64,000 nucleotides of DNA, taken from Podarcis tiliguerta (taxonomy: Eukaryota). Positions within the stretch are counted from its first letter, which is position 1. Every line of letters starts with the position of its first letter. The translations under genes and the position numbers were made by a program. The notes below the pieces were generated by a model. It was given only the letters and a program-made list of their open reading frames with translations, had not been told where the DNA came from and searched no databases. This document shows, piece by piece, positions 39,164 through 52,784 of the stretch. Location: NCBI GenBank assembly GCA_965153285.1, contig OZ229120.1; one strand, given 5' to 3'.

Positions 39164-39954
39164 ATTTTCACATCATGCTAAGCTAAACCATAGCTTAGTG
39201 CAAACTTTCTAGCTCCTGAGGAGGAGGCTGTGGATGCTATGCTCCTCCTGGGACTTTCTAGGTAAGCACAGAGCAGCAGCTAATCAAGGTTTGGTTTAGT
39301 GTGTTGTCCAAGCACGGGATTGTGGTTAAGGTCTCTCCTTCTTACTCATGCCTGTAGCCAAACCTTGGCTAAGCTACCATCCTGTGCTGACCTAAAAAGC
39401 CTGAGGAGGAACAAAGCCGGTGCGAGCAACTCTCCTGGAGCAAGTCTCTCACTTATTCCCAAATAAAGGTGAGTAGTTGCATTCTCCTGTTACACAGTGC
39501 TGTAGGGCTCACCACCAGCGCCATGCAAACATCTTAGAATCTAAAGCTTAGATGCTGCAAGCCCTGTACTAGCTATGTGTTGCAACATTCCCATGGAGGA
39601 GGAGATAGGTGGTAATTGTCCCTAACACTCTAGCTGCAGAAGGGCTTTTTGCCAAGTTAATGGGCTTTTGACTCCTTGAGGGTTACTATAGTTGCCGTAA
39701 CCCTCTTCATGGAAGCTGATGACCCCTTCCCATTTCCAGTTATGAAATGAAAGGGTAATCTTCATGTTTAGTAAGTATGGATACATGTGTCTGTGTCTGT
39801 GTCTCTGTGTATTTCTCTGGTGCATTCTTTATTTTTCAGTGCCTCCCTCTTCAAATAAGTTTTTAGAAACTAATGTACAAAATGTCCCATAAATGATCTT
39901 TGTGTTCTGCAAACTGCATCTCATAGAATTGCATTCTACACCTGCCCTTACATA

Positions 39955-40425
39955 GGAAGTAACCACAAAAATCTGCCAGGAAAAAAGCCTTAAAAATCAG
40001 AGGGAGAGAGAGAGAGAGACATAAGGCAAAGGCAAACATTAAGCTAACTAGAGAAGACTTCTTCTAAATTAAACAAATCAGATATTTTCAACAAGGCAGC
40101 AGGTATTCAAAATGCTCCCCTGGCCACCTACTCCTTGAAAGTCCATCACCTTTACCACATATGTGAAGTGAAGTGATAGGCAGGAAGTGCCTGGCAGCAA
40201 CAGATGCCGTATAAAAGCTTCCTCTTGGAATTGTAAGCTCAACATGACAGTGATTGTCAGACTTGGCCAGCTTTAAGCATTGGGCCTCTTAGCTAGATTA
40301 TATCTTGTTAGCATTACACTACTCATTTTGCTGCTTTTGGTCACACGTTGGCCGGGTATCAATTTATTATACATTTCTGCTAGCATTTCAAACTAAATAC
40401 AAATGAAGGTAATAGCTATTTATAA
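39955..40425. promoter_or_regulatory. Candidate enhancer: ETS/RUNX composites, E-box, MEF2
   Basis: AGGAAGTAACCACA about 39954-39967, ACCACA 40154, CAGGAAGTG 40181, CAGATG 40201, CTATTTATAA 40416-40425. Confidence 0.45.
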
Positions 40426-41374
40426 TTTATGGGTCTCTAGGCCGGAAGAATTCTGGGCATGTTTTCAAAATAACATAACTTAAAGGAATGATTTGCAAAA
40501 TGAAAAAAAAGAAAAAGAAAAAGAAGGCAATATGCCCAAATAAGCTTATACCAAACAGACGCAGTATGAAGCAAGTAGTAGTGAGACTCTGAGCCGATCC
40601 TAAAATAACACGAGGCACCCAAAACTCATAAACATCAATGCTATGTACACCTAGTTCCCCTTTGTGCCTTGGCAATGCCAATCTAAGCAAACACGCGCAC
40701 ACACATACACATGTGCCACTGGTAGGCAACCTAACTTTATTAGTAGCATTCCACATTCCTTTAGCTCTGACAGTGTGCTACATGCTGTACAGAATGTGAT
40801 TATTTGCCTCCAGATAGTGCTTTAGTAGCTTTTAGATATGCCCTGGTCACTGGGATGTTGCACAGAATACTGTGAATGTCATTGCAACCCTGTACATGTC
40901 CCCTGGAAGATAAGCTCACTTGAGTTCAGTGGGGCTTAGCTGGCAGGTAAGTGAGTGTAGGGTTGCAGCCAAAATGTAAACACTAGCTGCAAGGATACGA
41001 TCAAAAATGCAACCAGCTCAAAAAGCTTTCGCAAATACAGCATCTCCAAACACGATGGATGCCAGAGTCAACACATATTGGCAAAATAAGTACCAACCTC
41101 ACGTTGCCCTCAATTTTTTATACCACAAATGTTCTGGTATATTTTTGTCTGCGTTTGTTGCACTATTATTGCCTTCTGGCAGCAGTAATGTGATTGCATT
41201 GGGCAAGCATCGCAACCAACTAATAAAACAAAATAAATCCACCCCAATGCTTTGTCATTATGTTGTGAACTTACTGCAGAATACAGCCACCATTTCACAC
41301 CAGTCTGCAGTTGGCCCCTCATTTACTCAGGTGTGCCTGGTCAGTGTTCTGAAATCCATTTTGCACCTGGAACT

Positions 41375-41466
41375 GCAGGTGACCCATGGCATCTGGCTGG
41401 CCACTGTGGAAACAGAATGCCAGACTAGATGGACTTTGGGTCTGATCCAGCAGCACTCTGCTTATG
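41375..41466 (+). mobile_element. CR1 3'-end remnant; related minus-strand remnants at ~48365-48545 and ~23720-24000
   Basis: catctggctggccactgtg..gactagatggac..ctgatccagcag..cttatg, a typical reptile CR1 terminus. Confidence 0.65.
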
Positions 41467-41622
41467 CACTGGCAGAGGAAGAGGAGTGCGGGGGGAGCGC
41501 ACCACCCCTGGCAGCACAACCCCGAGGGGGTGCCATCACGGCTGCTCCCCTGCCCACGCTGGGCGCCATTGCCACGCCCCTTTATGCATGCCAGCCCTGC
41601 CCCCACCTGCTCTCCGCCACTG
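41467..41622. mobile_element. GC-rich hAT-type MITE inserted in a CR1 tail
   Basis: 8-bp TSD TGCTTATG (41459-41466, 41623-41630); imperfect TIRs CACTGGCAGAG / CTCCGCCACTG. Confidence 0.8.
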
Positions 41623-43028
41623 TGCTTATGTTATTAAGAGAGATGTTCCTGGCTCTATCTGATGATGAAGCTTAGCTTGTCCCTCAGATGAGGCAACCAT
41701 CTTTCCTGGCTTTATATGTCTACCAGTTGTAATGTACCAGTATTGGGGGTTCCTACTGGAGCCTGCAGATGATGGTGAAGCCTCACTACTTTCAAGGATG
41801 TCCATTTCTGTGAGGACCAGTTTTATATCAGTGTGCCAGAGTCTGTGTTGGCTGCCAGTAACTTTCCAAGTATAATTGAAGGTTCCAGCAAAAACAGCCT
41901 GCAGGGAGCATTGATAGTTTCTGCTTCGGGAAAATGTGGCCTTTGCCATCTCTTTCAGCATTGTTTGCCTTAATATCATTCTCTTTTAAAAAGTGTTCTC
42001 AGTCTTACCTTCTCTCTAATTTACAATGTCTCAATATTTACCTTGGTACAATGATGGATTGAAAGAGTAAAATCATTGCACCAACTCTGAGAATCCCTCC
42101 GATTAAATGAGTCATAGAAGCTGCTAGTCTTTTCAATGTGAATTTTTTTTTTTTTAAGGATGATTGACTTTTTTCCTTAAATAACAAGCAATTAAGTTTA
42201 TTCTTATTGGGAACCCACAGTTAAATAAAAAACTTTTGAGTTGCTGAAGTCTGTCCTCTCCACGTGCTGGTGCCAAGATGATTGTGGCGTGTTTTCTCTC
42301 TGCACACAGCAATCTGTCCTTTTATTCAGAGAGGGAGAGTACAAGGAAGCATTGCAAATCAGCAAACATCTGGATTTCATGCATACCCTTGAGTATTGAA
42401 AGAGATAGTTGATGCCTTCTGGATACTTGGCTGCAGCTGTGTGTTTGCTCCAGAATGAAAAGCAAGCCATGCATTTAACTCCTTGGAACAAGAAGTCCAG
42501 ATTTTGCTCCTGGAACTATTGAGTTAAAACAATCCTTTCCCTTTAACTTTTCACATGAATTCTCTTTGAATCACTGGCTGCTTGATGTCCACATGCTTTG
42601 CAAGTGGATTAGCCTCTTGATAGTTGCGGAAGCTTTGACTTTGAGTAAAGTAAATAGAAAGAAATTGAGAAGAACCACACTTTGGGCCCATCCAGGTGTC
42701 CTTTTTTAATTGTGCATCCATAATGATTTGTGTTCGTTATGGTATTGGGGTGGATATAAAGTACATGATCCCACTTTAAGTATTGTTTGTACCAGCAAAA
42801 GTTTCAGGATGAGCATACTACTTTCTATGCAATACATGCATGTCCCAGAGCTTGCTGCTGAAATCCTGTAACTTTTAATGCTGCCTATTGAGGGAGGGGG
42901 GCTATTTTTGTTTCACTGTAGCACAGAATTGCCTCTCCAGATAGCAACAATGCAGTAACATTGGGGAAGCATCACAGAACAACTAATAAAGCAGAATGAT
43001 GTGTGGATGTTCCAGTAAAAAATCCACT

Positions 43029-43277
43029 ACTACCTTGGTTTAAGAACAGCTTAGTTTATGAACAACTTGGATTAAGAACGCTGCAAACCTGGAAGTAGGT
43101 GTTTTGGTTTGTGAACTTTGCCTTGGAATACGAACATGTTCCGCTTCCTGTTGAGTGTGTTCCGTTTGTAAATTGAGTCCCCCACTGATATGGGAAAACA
43201 CACCTTGGTTTAAGAACGCTTTGGTTTAAGAACGGACTTCCGGAACAGATTAAGTTTGTAAACCAAGATGCCACTGT
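43029..43277. mobile_element. Tigger/pogo-like MITE, left end eroded
   Basis: Repeated ttggtttaagaac motif; right end taaaccaagatgccactg; same architecture as 45080-45320. Confidence 0.75.
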
Positions 43278-43314
43278 TATGCACTATTATTGTGCCAATG
43301 ACATGTTGCAGATT

Positions 43315-43317
43315 ACA

Positions 43318-43340
<23 letters not shown>
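43315..43340. repeat. (AC)13 microsatellite
   Basis: Direct reading. Confidence 0.95.
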
Positions 43341-43348
<8 letters not shown>

Positions 43349-44256
43349 CACACAACATGATTATGGAGGGGCTCTTTACTTTTCATTTCTGTTTGACCAG
43401 GGTTGCCTCCAAACTGTGATTATTTTGCCAGAGCCAAGCTTGCTGGGACTGCTGGGAGTTGTAGTTCAGCAACATTTGGTGGGCCAAAGATTCAAAGATT
43501 TTGTTGGGTTATAGGACCACTTAAAGCCATGGCAAAGTACCTTCGGTGTCTTGCTTCGTGAGACCAACCACACAGTATAGCAACAGCTCTAACCTTGAAG
43601 AAGGGGGAAACACAATGTTCACACTTTATGGCCATGCTCTATTTGATGTTAATTTTGGTCTGGGACAGCAGCTCAGAAAACAAATATCTGAGAGAGGCAA
43701 TTGATTTCCAGCCACAGATAGAGGTAAATGAATAGCCCTCTATAGAAAGAAGAAGAAGAAAAAGCTTTCAGGTAGTCAAATGGGGATAAGTGCAAGGCAA
43801 TAATCTACAGAATTGCAATGCATTCCCCTTGATGCTTCCCCAAAGGGGATGTTGTATTTTCCAGGAAGGTGTTTGGTCAAATTAGCTTTTTTTCTTCTTT
43901 TTTCTTGTTTGATTTAACACTCTAGGAAAGTTAAGCTACCACCACCACCCCGTCCCACACTAGAGAGAGAGAGGGAGAGTTAATGTAATTTGCTTTCTTG
44001 CATCTGTTGAGGGTGGGGGCCCACGGAGCAGATCAGATATGGATTCATCACCTGCATAATTGCTTTGCTGGACTCAAGCCCATCCCAGGACAGGCCGTCC
44101 GCACTTGGCAACTGTTGTTGGATTCTGCTGCTAATGAAAGTGTGGGAAGTTTGAGAAGCAGCAGCAAAATCTCACCGTGGATTGATTCCTTCCCAACTCT
44201 TGATTGTTATGCTTGTGGTCTCTGCAACCTTTTGAACTTGGAAAGTAATGGCAGTG

Positions 44257-44291
<35 letters not shown>

Positions 44292-44294
44292 TTT
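44257..44294. repeat. (TTTA)n microsatellite
   Basis: Direct reading. Confidence 0.95.
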
Positions 44295-44935
44295 CTATTT
44301 CACATGTAATGCTTTAAAGAAGAGGCTGGGGACTCTTTGTAGAATTTCTTCTAGGGGCCTCATGCCAATGGTGAGAATAGCCAGAGGCAAAAGTGGCAAT
44401 TCCCGAATAAACACCAACAATAATAACAAAGAGAGGTATGCTTATCAACAAAGGAGAAGTTCACATATATTTTTAGTATGCTATTTTTTTTTTAGTACCC
44501 CTGTTTTTTAGTATCCTTTTTTTAAAAGTATCCTTTGTCTATTCTTTCTAATCTGGGGGAAAATATTTTATACCACTTCTAAACATTGGAAGTTATGGGT
44601 GGGGTTCCCCCTAACCAGCCCTATCAGCAAAAACCCTTCTCAATAACTTCACTTTCACAATGGGGCTTCCCCCACTGTTCATGCCCTGCATGCTCTCCAC
44701 ACACCCTTGAAATTGGCTCTGGGAGGGTCAGGAGAAACCCCAGGATAGGCAGGAATTGTTCCATACTTGTGAGGATGGAGTGTTTGGAAGAGTGAGATGT
44801 TGAATCCCCACCACGCCGAAGACCTGAAAAATCCTTTTACGCACTCCCTGATTTGTTGTTTTGCAATGATGTGTTAATATTCTTACGGATGTGGGCTTTT
44901 ATTTGCATCAACCCTTTTTGATTCTGTTAGTTTTG

Positions 44936-44940
<5 letters not shown>

Positions 44941-44994
<54 letters not shown>
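44941..44994. repeat. Compound (GT)18(AT)9 microsatellite
   Basis: Direct reading. Confidence 0.95.
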
Positions 44995-45079
44995 GTTACA
45001 GTTTCCCCCTGTGGTTCTAAACATCCTTGAGATATGATGTGTTTGGTAAAGTTTTTTAAGTGTGTGTGTGTTTAGGGTA

Positions 45080-45320
45080 CAGTGGTACCTTGAGTTACAA
45101 ACGCCTCAGGTTACAAACGCTTCAGGTTACAAACTCCACTAACCTGGAAGAGTTACCTCGAGTTGAGAACTTTGCCCCAGGATGAGAACAGAAATCGTGT
45201 GCCGGCGGTGCAGCGGCAGCAAGAGACCCCATTAGTGAAAGTACGCCTCTAGTTAAGAACAGTTTCAGGTTAAGAACGGACCTCTGGAACAAATTAAGTT
45301 CGTAACTAGAGGTACCACTG
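45080..45320. mobile_element. Tigger/pogo-like MITE
   Basis: TIRs CAGTGGTACCT / AGGTACCACTG; left flank TA (right flank TG); subterminal gttacaaac repeats. Confidence 0.85.
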
Positions 45321-45721
45321 TGGAAGGGAGAATCAGACTGCTGTGTGCCCCATCCATCTTCTGACATCTGTGCACAGAACAGTATTCCAGCAGGCTCTCC
45401 ACATGATCAGGAACCCCAGCTGTGCAAAGTTTCCCATCACACATCAGCTCCCCTTTTCAGATGCTGCACCAAATGTCAAGGGCAGGCTCAGCAGGTGTGG
45501 TCCTCCTCTGTGCCTCATTTCTGTAAAGGACTCCAGTTTATAGGAATGGCAAGGGCTCTAAAAAGCAAGGCGAGCACTGAACAGAGAGCACCTGTCACTG
45601 TGGCAAACCTCTGCTTCTGCGCCCACACATTCAGTATCCAGTGCTACAAACCTGAGTCTTCCACATCTAGTAAGGATTCTTAAAGCATGCATACTCAAGA
45701 CTCATATCATTCACACAGTCC

Positions 45722-46150
45722 TTTGGATGGAGGAGATATTTGATTCTGTTCACATTTCAAGGCAAGTTTACCTGATTTGCACTTTTCTGAAACGATGCAT
45801 GAACCAAAAATGCAGCAATCTTTTGCACTTCTCTGAATTTTGCAAAGCAGTTCTCCAGCCAAGTAACTTGTACAAAAATGCCGATAGTGGAGTAAAAGTC
45901 TGAATGGAAAATGCATATGTTAGTAAAAAAAAACACCCTAACATGCAAAATTGCATCATGTTAGGAGAAACTGCTTTGGAAAAAAAACAGTTATTATAGA
46001 CAAAATACATGTGTTAAGAATGCTGATGAATGTTCACAATGACTTCCTTTAAAAAAAAAGATGCAAACTGATGAAGAAATGTGGAGAACTGAATAGTGGA
46101 CGGATGAGAAACTTAGAGAAACCAAAATTGGCTGATTTGACCATCCTACC
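45722..46150. mobile_element. Probable old non-autonomous DNA transposon
   Basis: Short inverted ends (ggatgg / ccatcc) and an internal sequence resembling a common lizard repeat; recognised from memory only. Confidence 0.45.
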
Positions 46151-49100
46151 CAACCCCCACAAATGGCTTCCATATAAACAGAGCTTCTTACCTGCCCATA
46201 TAGCAGATGCAGGGAATTGTGGGTCTTGCATAAGCTGCACAGAGTAATGTGAGCCATGTCATGCCTTCCTTTTGGAAGCACCTAATTGGAAGTGTCAGAA
46301 CCTCCCAAGTGAGCTTACACTTAACCGTAAAGCCTAACCATGCGGTAAAACTACAATCCCTTACTGTAGGACTGCAGCATTCAATCAGTTGACCTTGATG
46401 TTTTAAGCCTTTTAAGGCTATGGCCATTAAAAAAAAAGAAGAGTCAGATGTGGACATCAGCATGTAATACTTCTAAGTGGCTTGTTTAATTAATTAAAAT
46501 GCTATTGCTGAGTTGACTGGCCGTGGGGCGGGGAGCTCCTAGGTAAACAAGATAATGTGATAGGTATAGTACAAAACAGTTTTGCTGAAGTGGAAACAAA
46601 TAAATCAATGCAATTAGTAGCAGAGAATATAGGAAACACATGTTTTCCTGCATTACAGCAATATATTTGCCATCCCCCCCACAATCAGATACCATTAAGA
46701 AACTATAAAGCATAAATTTCATAGCCTATGATTGCAAAGCTGATAGTAGTATTGACTGCAACATCCAGTCCTCACAAAAAAAAAAACCTCCAGGATCCTG
46801 ATTCTGCACTTTATGCATGGCAAAAATATTACTTTGCCTTCAAATGTTTCCTTCCCTGCAAAAATCTGTTCTGTCTTCTCAGTCTCTGTGTAGTACAGCA
46901 CTGGGTTGACTGTGGCAGCCCCTCTTATTCCCCAGTTGGCAGTGCAGATGGGTGCATCTATATAAAGAGAAACTGCATACAGTACTGTGCATGAGCTAAC
47001 AGGCAGTGAGAGACAGTGTAGTTTGGAAGTGCTGGTTGCACTGAATGTTATCACCAGAATTCATTCGTTTCATTGGCTCTTGCCCATACATGGAAAAGCT
47101 TTAGTTCACTGGTAGAGCAACTCTCTTGCATGCAAGATAGCCCAGGTTCCTGGCAGCTCCTGATAGGGCTTTGAGAGGCAGTCAAACAAGCAGCGCTTAA
47201 ACAGGGGCTATACTGAATTAAGAAGATGCAGGCCATTGATGCTAAATGTTCCCTTTTTTGAACTCCTGGCCCACAGGTAAACCGTATAGAAAAGCAATTT
47301 GTGCAATGATTTTTAAAAAAAAAATGGGACCTGCAACAAAACATTTCATTGTGAAGTTCCCCTGTTCAGGTTTCCAGTCACTCCATTCCATCCACCACCA
47401 GCCCTCTCTGATATTCCACTCCTGCCTCCAACAGCCAGCCACCATTCCAAGCCCACTGAGCATGCTCAGCCCCCATTTAGCTGCTTTGGGGGTTTCCCCC
47501 TACCTGTAGGTTGGTTGGTTCTTCTAAGAAACTTTTTTTTTTGTAATCTGACAGCCTTGGGGTTTCCCCAAGCCTGCAAGTGCTTCCTTCTTGTGTGCGT
47601 TTCAGCAACATAAGAACTGACGCTGTTAGTAAAAAAAGGAAAAGAAAAACGGTGTGGGAATCAAAAGTTACTTCTAAAGATTTTCTCTCTCCTTGTTTCC
47701 ACTTGGGTTTCCTTTGCTATTTGCACTTAGCCAAGGTAATGTACTATGAAATGCTTAACAGATGTAACATGTGAGTAGAAAGCTTCAATTAGCTTCTTGG
47801 GGAATGGGGTGGGTGGCAATGAAGCTGGATTGTAGACTCAGAAGTTGCATGGTTTTCTGGCTTTCCTTTTTGATTTTGCAAGTAACACATTATTAATTAT
47901 AAGTATGTTTATTTTTTTGATGCAACTTAGTTAAAAAAACCAAAAACCTTCTAAGATTTCTATCCTGTCTGGTCATCCAGGGAATTCAACGTGGTATGCA
48001 TAGGGGCTACTTTCCCCCAACAGCAAATCCTCTGCAATGGCCCAGTGCGACCTGGAAGCCAATGTAGCTCATCTCCCTACTCACCTGTGTACCTTAGGGG
48101 GGAAGAATTCTCTGTCTCCATGCAATGGGATGGGGAGGCAGTTTCCATATAAAATGTAAATACCCCTTCTCCTGCCCAACCTCCCTTCAGTCAATTTCCA
48201 AGGATGCTGAGAGTTCCTTTCATATTAGCTCTGGGCCCTCTCTATCTGGCCTCCAGGACTCTCCCTAGACCTCTTCTTCTCAGCCCTGCTGCACCCCTTC
48301 CCTGAGTGCTTTTGCAAGGCTGGAAGTTGTCCTTGAAGTACAGTAATGCTGCTTACTTGCCTGAGCAGAAGAACAGCTTGTTGAATGAGGCCACCTGGCC
48401 CAGCAGTGGCCGACCAGATGCCTGTGGGGAGTCTGCAAGCTAGAAATGAGCGCAACTCTGCCCACCTGCAGTTTGCTGCAACTAGTTTTCAGAGGCAGAG
48501 TGCCTCCGACAATAGGTTTGAAAAACAGCTATTGTGGCTAGTGGCCTAAACAGAGAGATCTATGTGTGTCTAGATGTCTGAATTGCTTGAATGACAGTAG
48601 AGTCACATGTACTGTGACAAGAGTCATACCTGTTGCCCCACCCACTTTTTTGCTCTGGCCACGCCTGCCACTGGTTGCCTGAAAAAGCTTCCCTACTCCT
48701 GCCCCCCCCAGCCGAAAGCCTTCCTAAATACATCACATTTATTTTATTTATTTATTACCTTTATATACAACCTATATCTTCCAAAGATCTGAAGGTGGTG
48801 TAGATTGTTTTCCTTCTCCCCATTTTCTCGTCACAACAACCCTGTAAGGTAGGTTAGGCTAAGAGATGGTGATTGGCCAAAGGCCAATCAGTGAGCTTTA
48901 TGGCTGATGAAGGGGGATGAGGGGTGATTTGAACCCTGCTCATTATAGATAATGTATCTCAATATAGATCCATTCATTATCTATATTGTTTCACTCAGGG
49001 TAGTAGGGAAGCTTTTTAAAGAAATTACATTTTTTTGGATTTTTTTTAAATCAAGTTAGGCATCTCTGTACAAATGGGGAGCGGTGGTATCCTGTCAACA

Positions 49101-49535
49101 AAGTTCACTCTGCACATTTATTTAACAAAATGTCCTTTTCAAAGCTCTGACTGTTTCCCCTGAAATGAGGAGAGCAGAAGCAGTGACCAAAAAAGAAGGA
49201 GGAGGTGTTAGACAACATTCCATTTCTTTTCTCCCGCTGCAGTGACTTTGGTTCGTACAAAGGGCTCCCAGGGCATTCCGGGAGAAAGTGGTTATTTGCT
49301 GCAGCGCTACACTCAGCAAGAAATAAACTATCTGTAAACACAATTTGCTCAATAAAGTCAATAAAGCCAAAAGCAAGTTCTTGTAAGGGTCTAGGGAAAG
49401 GAGTAGTTTGCACTTAAAGCACCTTGGCTGAGGAAGACTATAAATTTACACCTCCTGACACATGCCCTTTGGAAACTTGTGCTTCCTCTGTTTTTGTTGT
49501 CATTATTGAGTGCAAGTGATACCCATAAATGTTGA

Positions 49536-49557
49536 GTGTGTGTGTGTGTGTGTGTGT
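49536..49557. repeat. (GT)11 microsatellite
   Basis: Direct reading. Confidence 0.93.
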
Positions 49558-50991
49558 ATTCTGTTTCAGCAAATGTACAGCTTTTTAATCGAATGAAAAC
49601 GCAACGCAAACTCAGCCGAGATCTCATCTGGTCTTCATTTTCTCCTAATTTATAATCAGGAAATCCATTCGTACAGGGCATATAATTTTTGCGCTTTCTA
49701 GTGGCTTGTGGAACGTACCATTCTGCACACAGTCACATTTAAATTGATAACCGTCCAGGCAAAGTGTAATTTTAAAGTACAGGCTAAAGGAAGGGTTTGA
49801 TCTCTATATTAGAAGGGCTGCTCCAATTTTGTTGCTGCTGGGTTTTCCCTTGAGTTGTTTTGCATCTGAATTTAACCAAGACCTTCTTCTTCTCCAGTGC
49901 ATTTGACTAAAGCTGCCTCAGTAGAGGCCAAAGCTTTCAGCGTACAGAGGAGGATGCGGTTTAAGCATCCAGATTAAATGCAGGCTCTCCTTAGCTGCAG
50001 GCCACATGCATGTATTCATCACTGATTTCCAAATGACGGGTTTGTATATCATTGGTTTAGAGTCCACAGCCTTACATTCCGGGACCCATATTCTGCCAAA
50101 AGCATAACAATTTGGTGGCTGGAAGGAGAAACAGTCATTATATGGCTCCAAATTGCTAGCTGGCACAATGTGCCAAGAACAGCAGAAATCCGCTGGTAAG
50201 GAGAAGATTGCAGTCGCTCTTTAAAATAATTTGATGTTCTAAAAATACAAATGCAGGAAATGTCATCACGTTTCAAAATATTTTACATTAGTAGGTAAAT
50301 ACATAAAGAGTTGCGTGATTGGTGTTTCTAAGTGGCACCGTCTCTAAATGATAGGAAAGCATTCCTGGTGTTGAGTTTTTGTATTAAATAAATTGCTTTG
50401 ATTTGAAGTAAATCATTTGTAGAAAAGAATCCCCCCCCTGCACCCCACTCCATTTCCCTTCCTTAAAATAACAAGCAGGAAAAAAAATCAGACTCTTGTA
50501 GTATAAAAGACAGCCACATATACATATTTGTTATATTTTTAAAATTACATTAAGTGCAACGTGTGTTTAATTGCACACATGCGAGAATGCCACATTCACA
50601 CTCTGAACAACTGCTAGTCATGTCGCATTATATGGCATGGCCCACATATTTTTCCAGAACAAAATAGCCTCTTTATGTATATCGTTATCAAACCAAGCCT
50701 TACTTCATGTCTTCTTTATAGTACTTTCCTGAATTCTGTAAATATGCCTTTAGTTCTTTCCTTTAAAAAAAAAGTTCCCAAAAATAATTGTAGATTTGGA
50801 TAATTATTTGAATCCCATTTCAAAAAATGTGGTTTGTTTTAAAGGAACTGGTTTGTTTGCAAAGCATTCCTGCATTTCTTTACAGTGAACTCCTACCTTT
50901 ACTTTTTACATTACTTTGCGTCACCGGTAATGCCAATCAGAAATCTGAACTAGCAGAATACATTAAAGTATATAAATAATAATGGAAATTA

Positions 50992-51082
50992 AGGTTGCAA
51001 ACCTGGCCCCACTTACCTGAGAGTAAGCCCCATTGAACTCAGCAAGACTTACTACTAAGTAGACATGGTTAGGATTGCACCA
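50992..51082. mobile_element. ~90-bp palindromic MITE; relatives at ~32422-32523, ~33030-33107, ~40882-40970, ~63437-63545
   Basis: ggttgcaaacct...gagtaagccccattgaactcag..acttact...aggattgcacc, a self-complementary organisation. Confidence 0.6.
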
Positions 51083-52604
51083 GGAAGCTTTCCTCTGCAT
51101 GCTACATGGAAATGAAATGCCAAGATAATTTTTTATGCTTATGTACAGTATACGTTGTACAAGGGCAGAACTTCCAGAAACATTGGCCCTAACTTTGTAG
51201 TTTTAAGAATTTCCTGAATATTTGTGGTACAGTTTTCCTTCAGTGTTGTTGGACACAGATTATTTGCCTGGTTAGGTTTAAAAGCACTGATTTACCATGC
51301 AATTTGATGCCTTTTTAAAGAAGTCTTCCTATGTTGAAATGTGATTTAGATTTTAAATAGGGGTGGCTAACCTGTGGGTGTTGTTGAACTCTAATTCACA
51401 TGATCCCCAGCCAGTGTAGCCAATGCCCAGGGTGACCAGAGTTGCAGTCCAGCCACATCTGGAGGGCCACCTCTGCCTTAGTCTTAACTACCTTAATCTT
51501 GGCAAATGTGAAGCAAGCCTATTTTCATTGTATTTGCCTAGCAGCTCTCTGTGTCTGTGTTTCGTGCGAGAGAGTTTGAGAGACTTTCTTCAGCGCACAC
51601 TGTCGATTCCCTGCTATTAAGCACCATCTCAGACTTGTATGTTTCAAATAATTCTATCAGGGTTTCAGGATTCCATGTGCCACTGGAGTTCTCTGAAACA
51701 CAGGGTGATTGAAGGGTAACTCTTTTGGTGGCCTTGAAAATGTGCCCTTAGATTTGAGGCTTCCGGCTATCTAGGCAACCGCACAGCAGGTGGCTTTTGG
51801 CACAGAAGTCGCTGGGGGAGAAGAAGGGAGGGAGGGAGGGAGAGTAAATGAAATGTGAGCATAAGCCCCAAGGAGGAGAGTTGGGAAGCCAGTCCCGGAG
51901 TAAATATGTTTTGGGGCTTTCTTCCTCTTCTTTTTAGTAGGCGTCTCCTTTTCCCTGAGTGGCGTTCATGGGCGAGAAGGTGGATCCAGCTTTTGGGCGC
52001 TTGGGAGAAGGTGCTAATTGCAGTGCCGTGCCAGCCGTTATCATTGTTATTATTGCCGTTGCAGAAAGAGAAGGGGCTGCTTCTGAAAGCACCAAATTAG
52101 CACAATACGGAGATGCTTGAATGTCAGGATGTAAAAGCCTTAAAAGCAAAAGACAGCAGAGATGAGATAGAGGGGTATTTTCAAAATCACACAGCGTTCA
52201 GGATCGAGCTCTGAAGGTGGAGGAAGGGAGAGAGGCAAGACGGAGAAGCATTGGAGAATTTTCCTAGTCCTCCTCCAGTTGTTTTTTGCTCTTTCTTCCC
52301 CCCCCCCCATCCGCCTTTCACCCCCCACCATGGAAATTATAGCCTTGCTGCACTTTCCTTTGTTTCAAAACAAAAAAAAAACCTGAAGGGGGGGGGGGGG
52401 GAGGAGTGAGTCAGGCAGAATCCTCTTGTATTTGTCCATGAAAACAGCCTGATCCAAGAAGGCTTTTCTTTTGTTCTTTCTGCCTCTGTTCCCCACCCCC
52501 ACTCTCCCTGCAATATTGTCTGAGGTTGGCGTCTTTCTTCTAAGTAATGCACACTCGGTTGTATTCAGTTCAGTGTTCGATACTATATGACAAGCGCGCA
52601 TAAT

Positions 52605-52630
52605 CCAATCACCTGGTTGCCTCGGGCAAC
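52605..52630. promoter_or_regulatory. CCAAT box adjacent to a palindromic RFX X-box
   Basis: CCAATC 52605-52610; GTTGCC-TCG-GGCAAC 52616-52630. Confidence 0.5.
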
Positions 52631-52784
52631 CCAAATTCTTCCCAAGGTCACCAGGATACCTGTTAGGACCCTTTAAAAAAAGTTTTGGCTTTTATTTTTA
52701 ATCCCCTCCACATTTTTTGTCCATCTGTCTGTCTTAGCTGTCTATATAGTTACAGAGAGAAATGGGAAATAGAAACCTGGGATA

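Noticed and set aside
41007-41675. Longest ORF (222 aa)
   Set aside because: Runs through a CR1 tail and a GC-rich MITE; no recognisable domain; intronic
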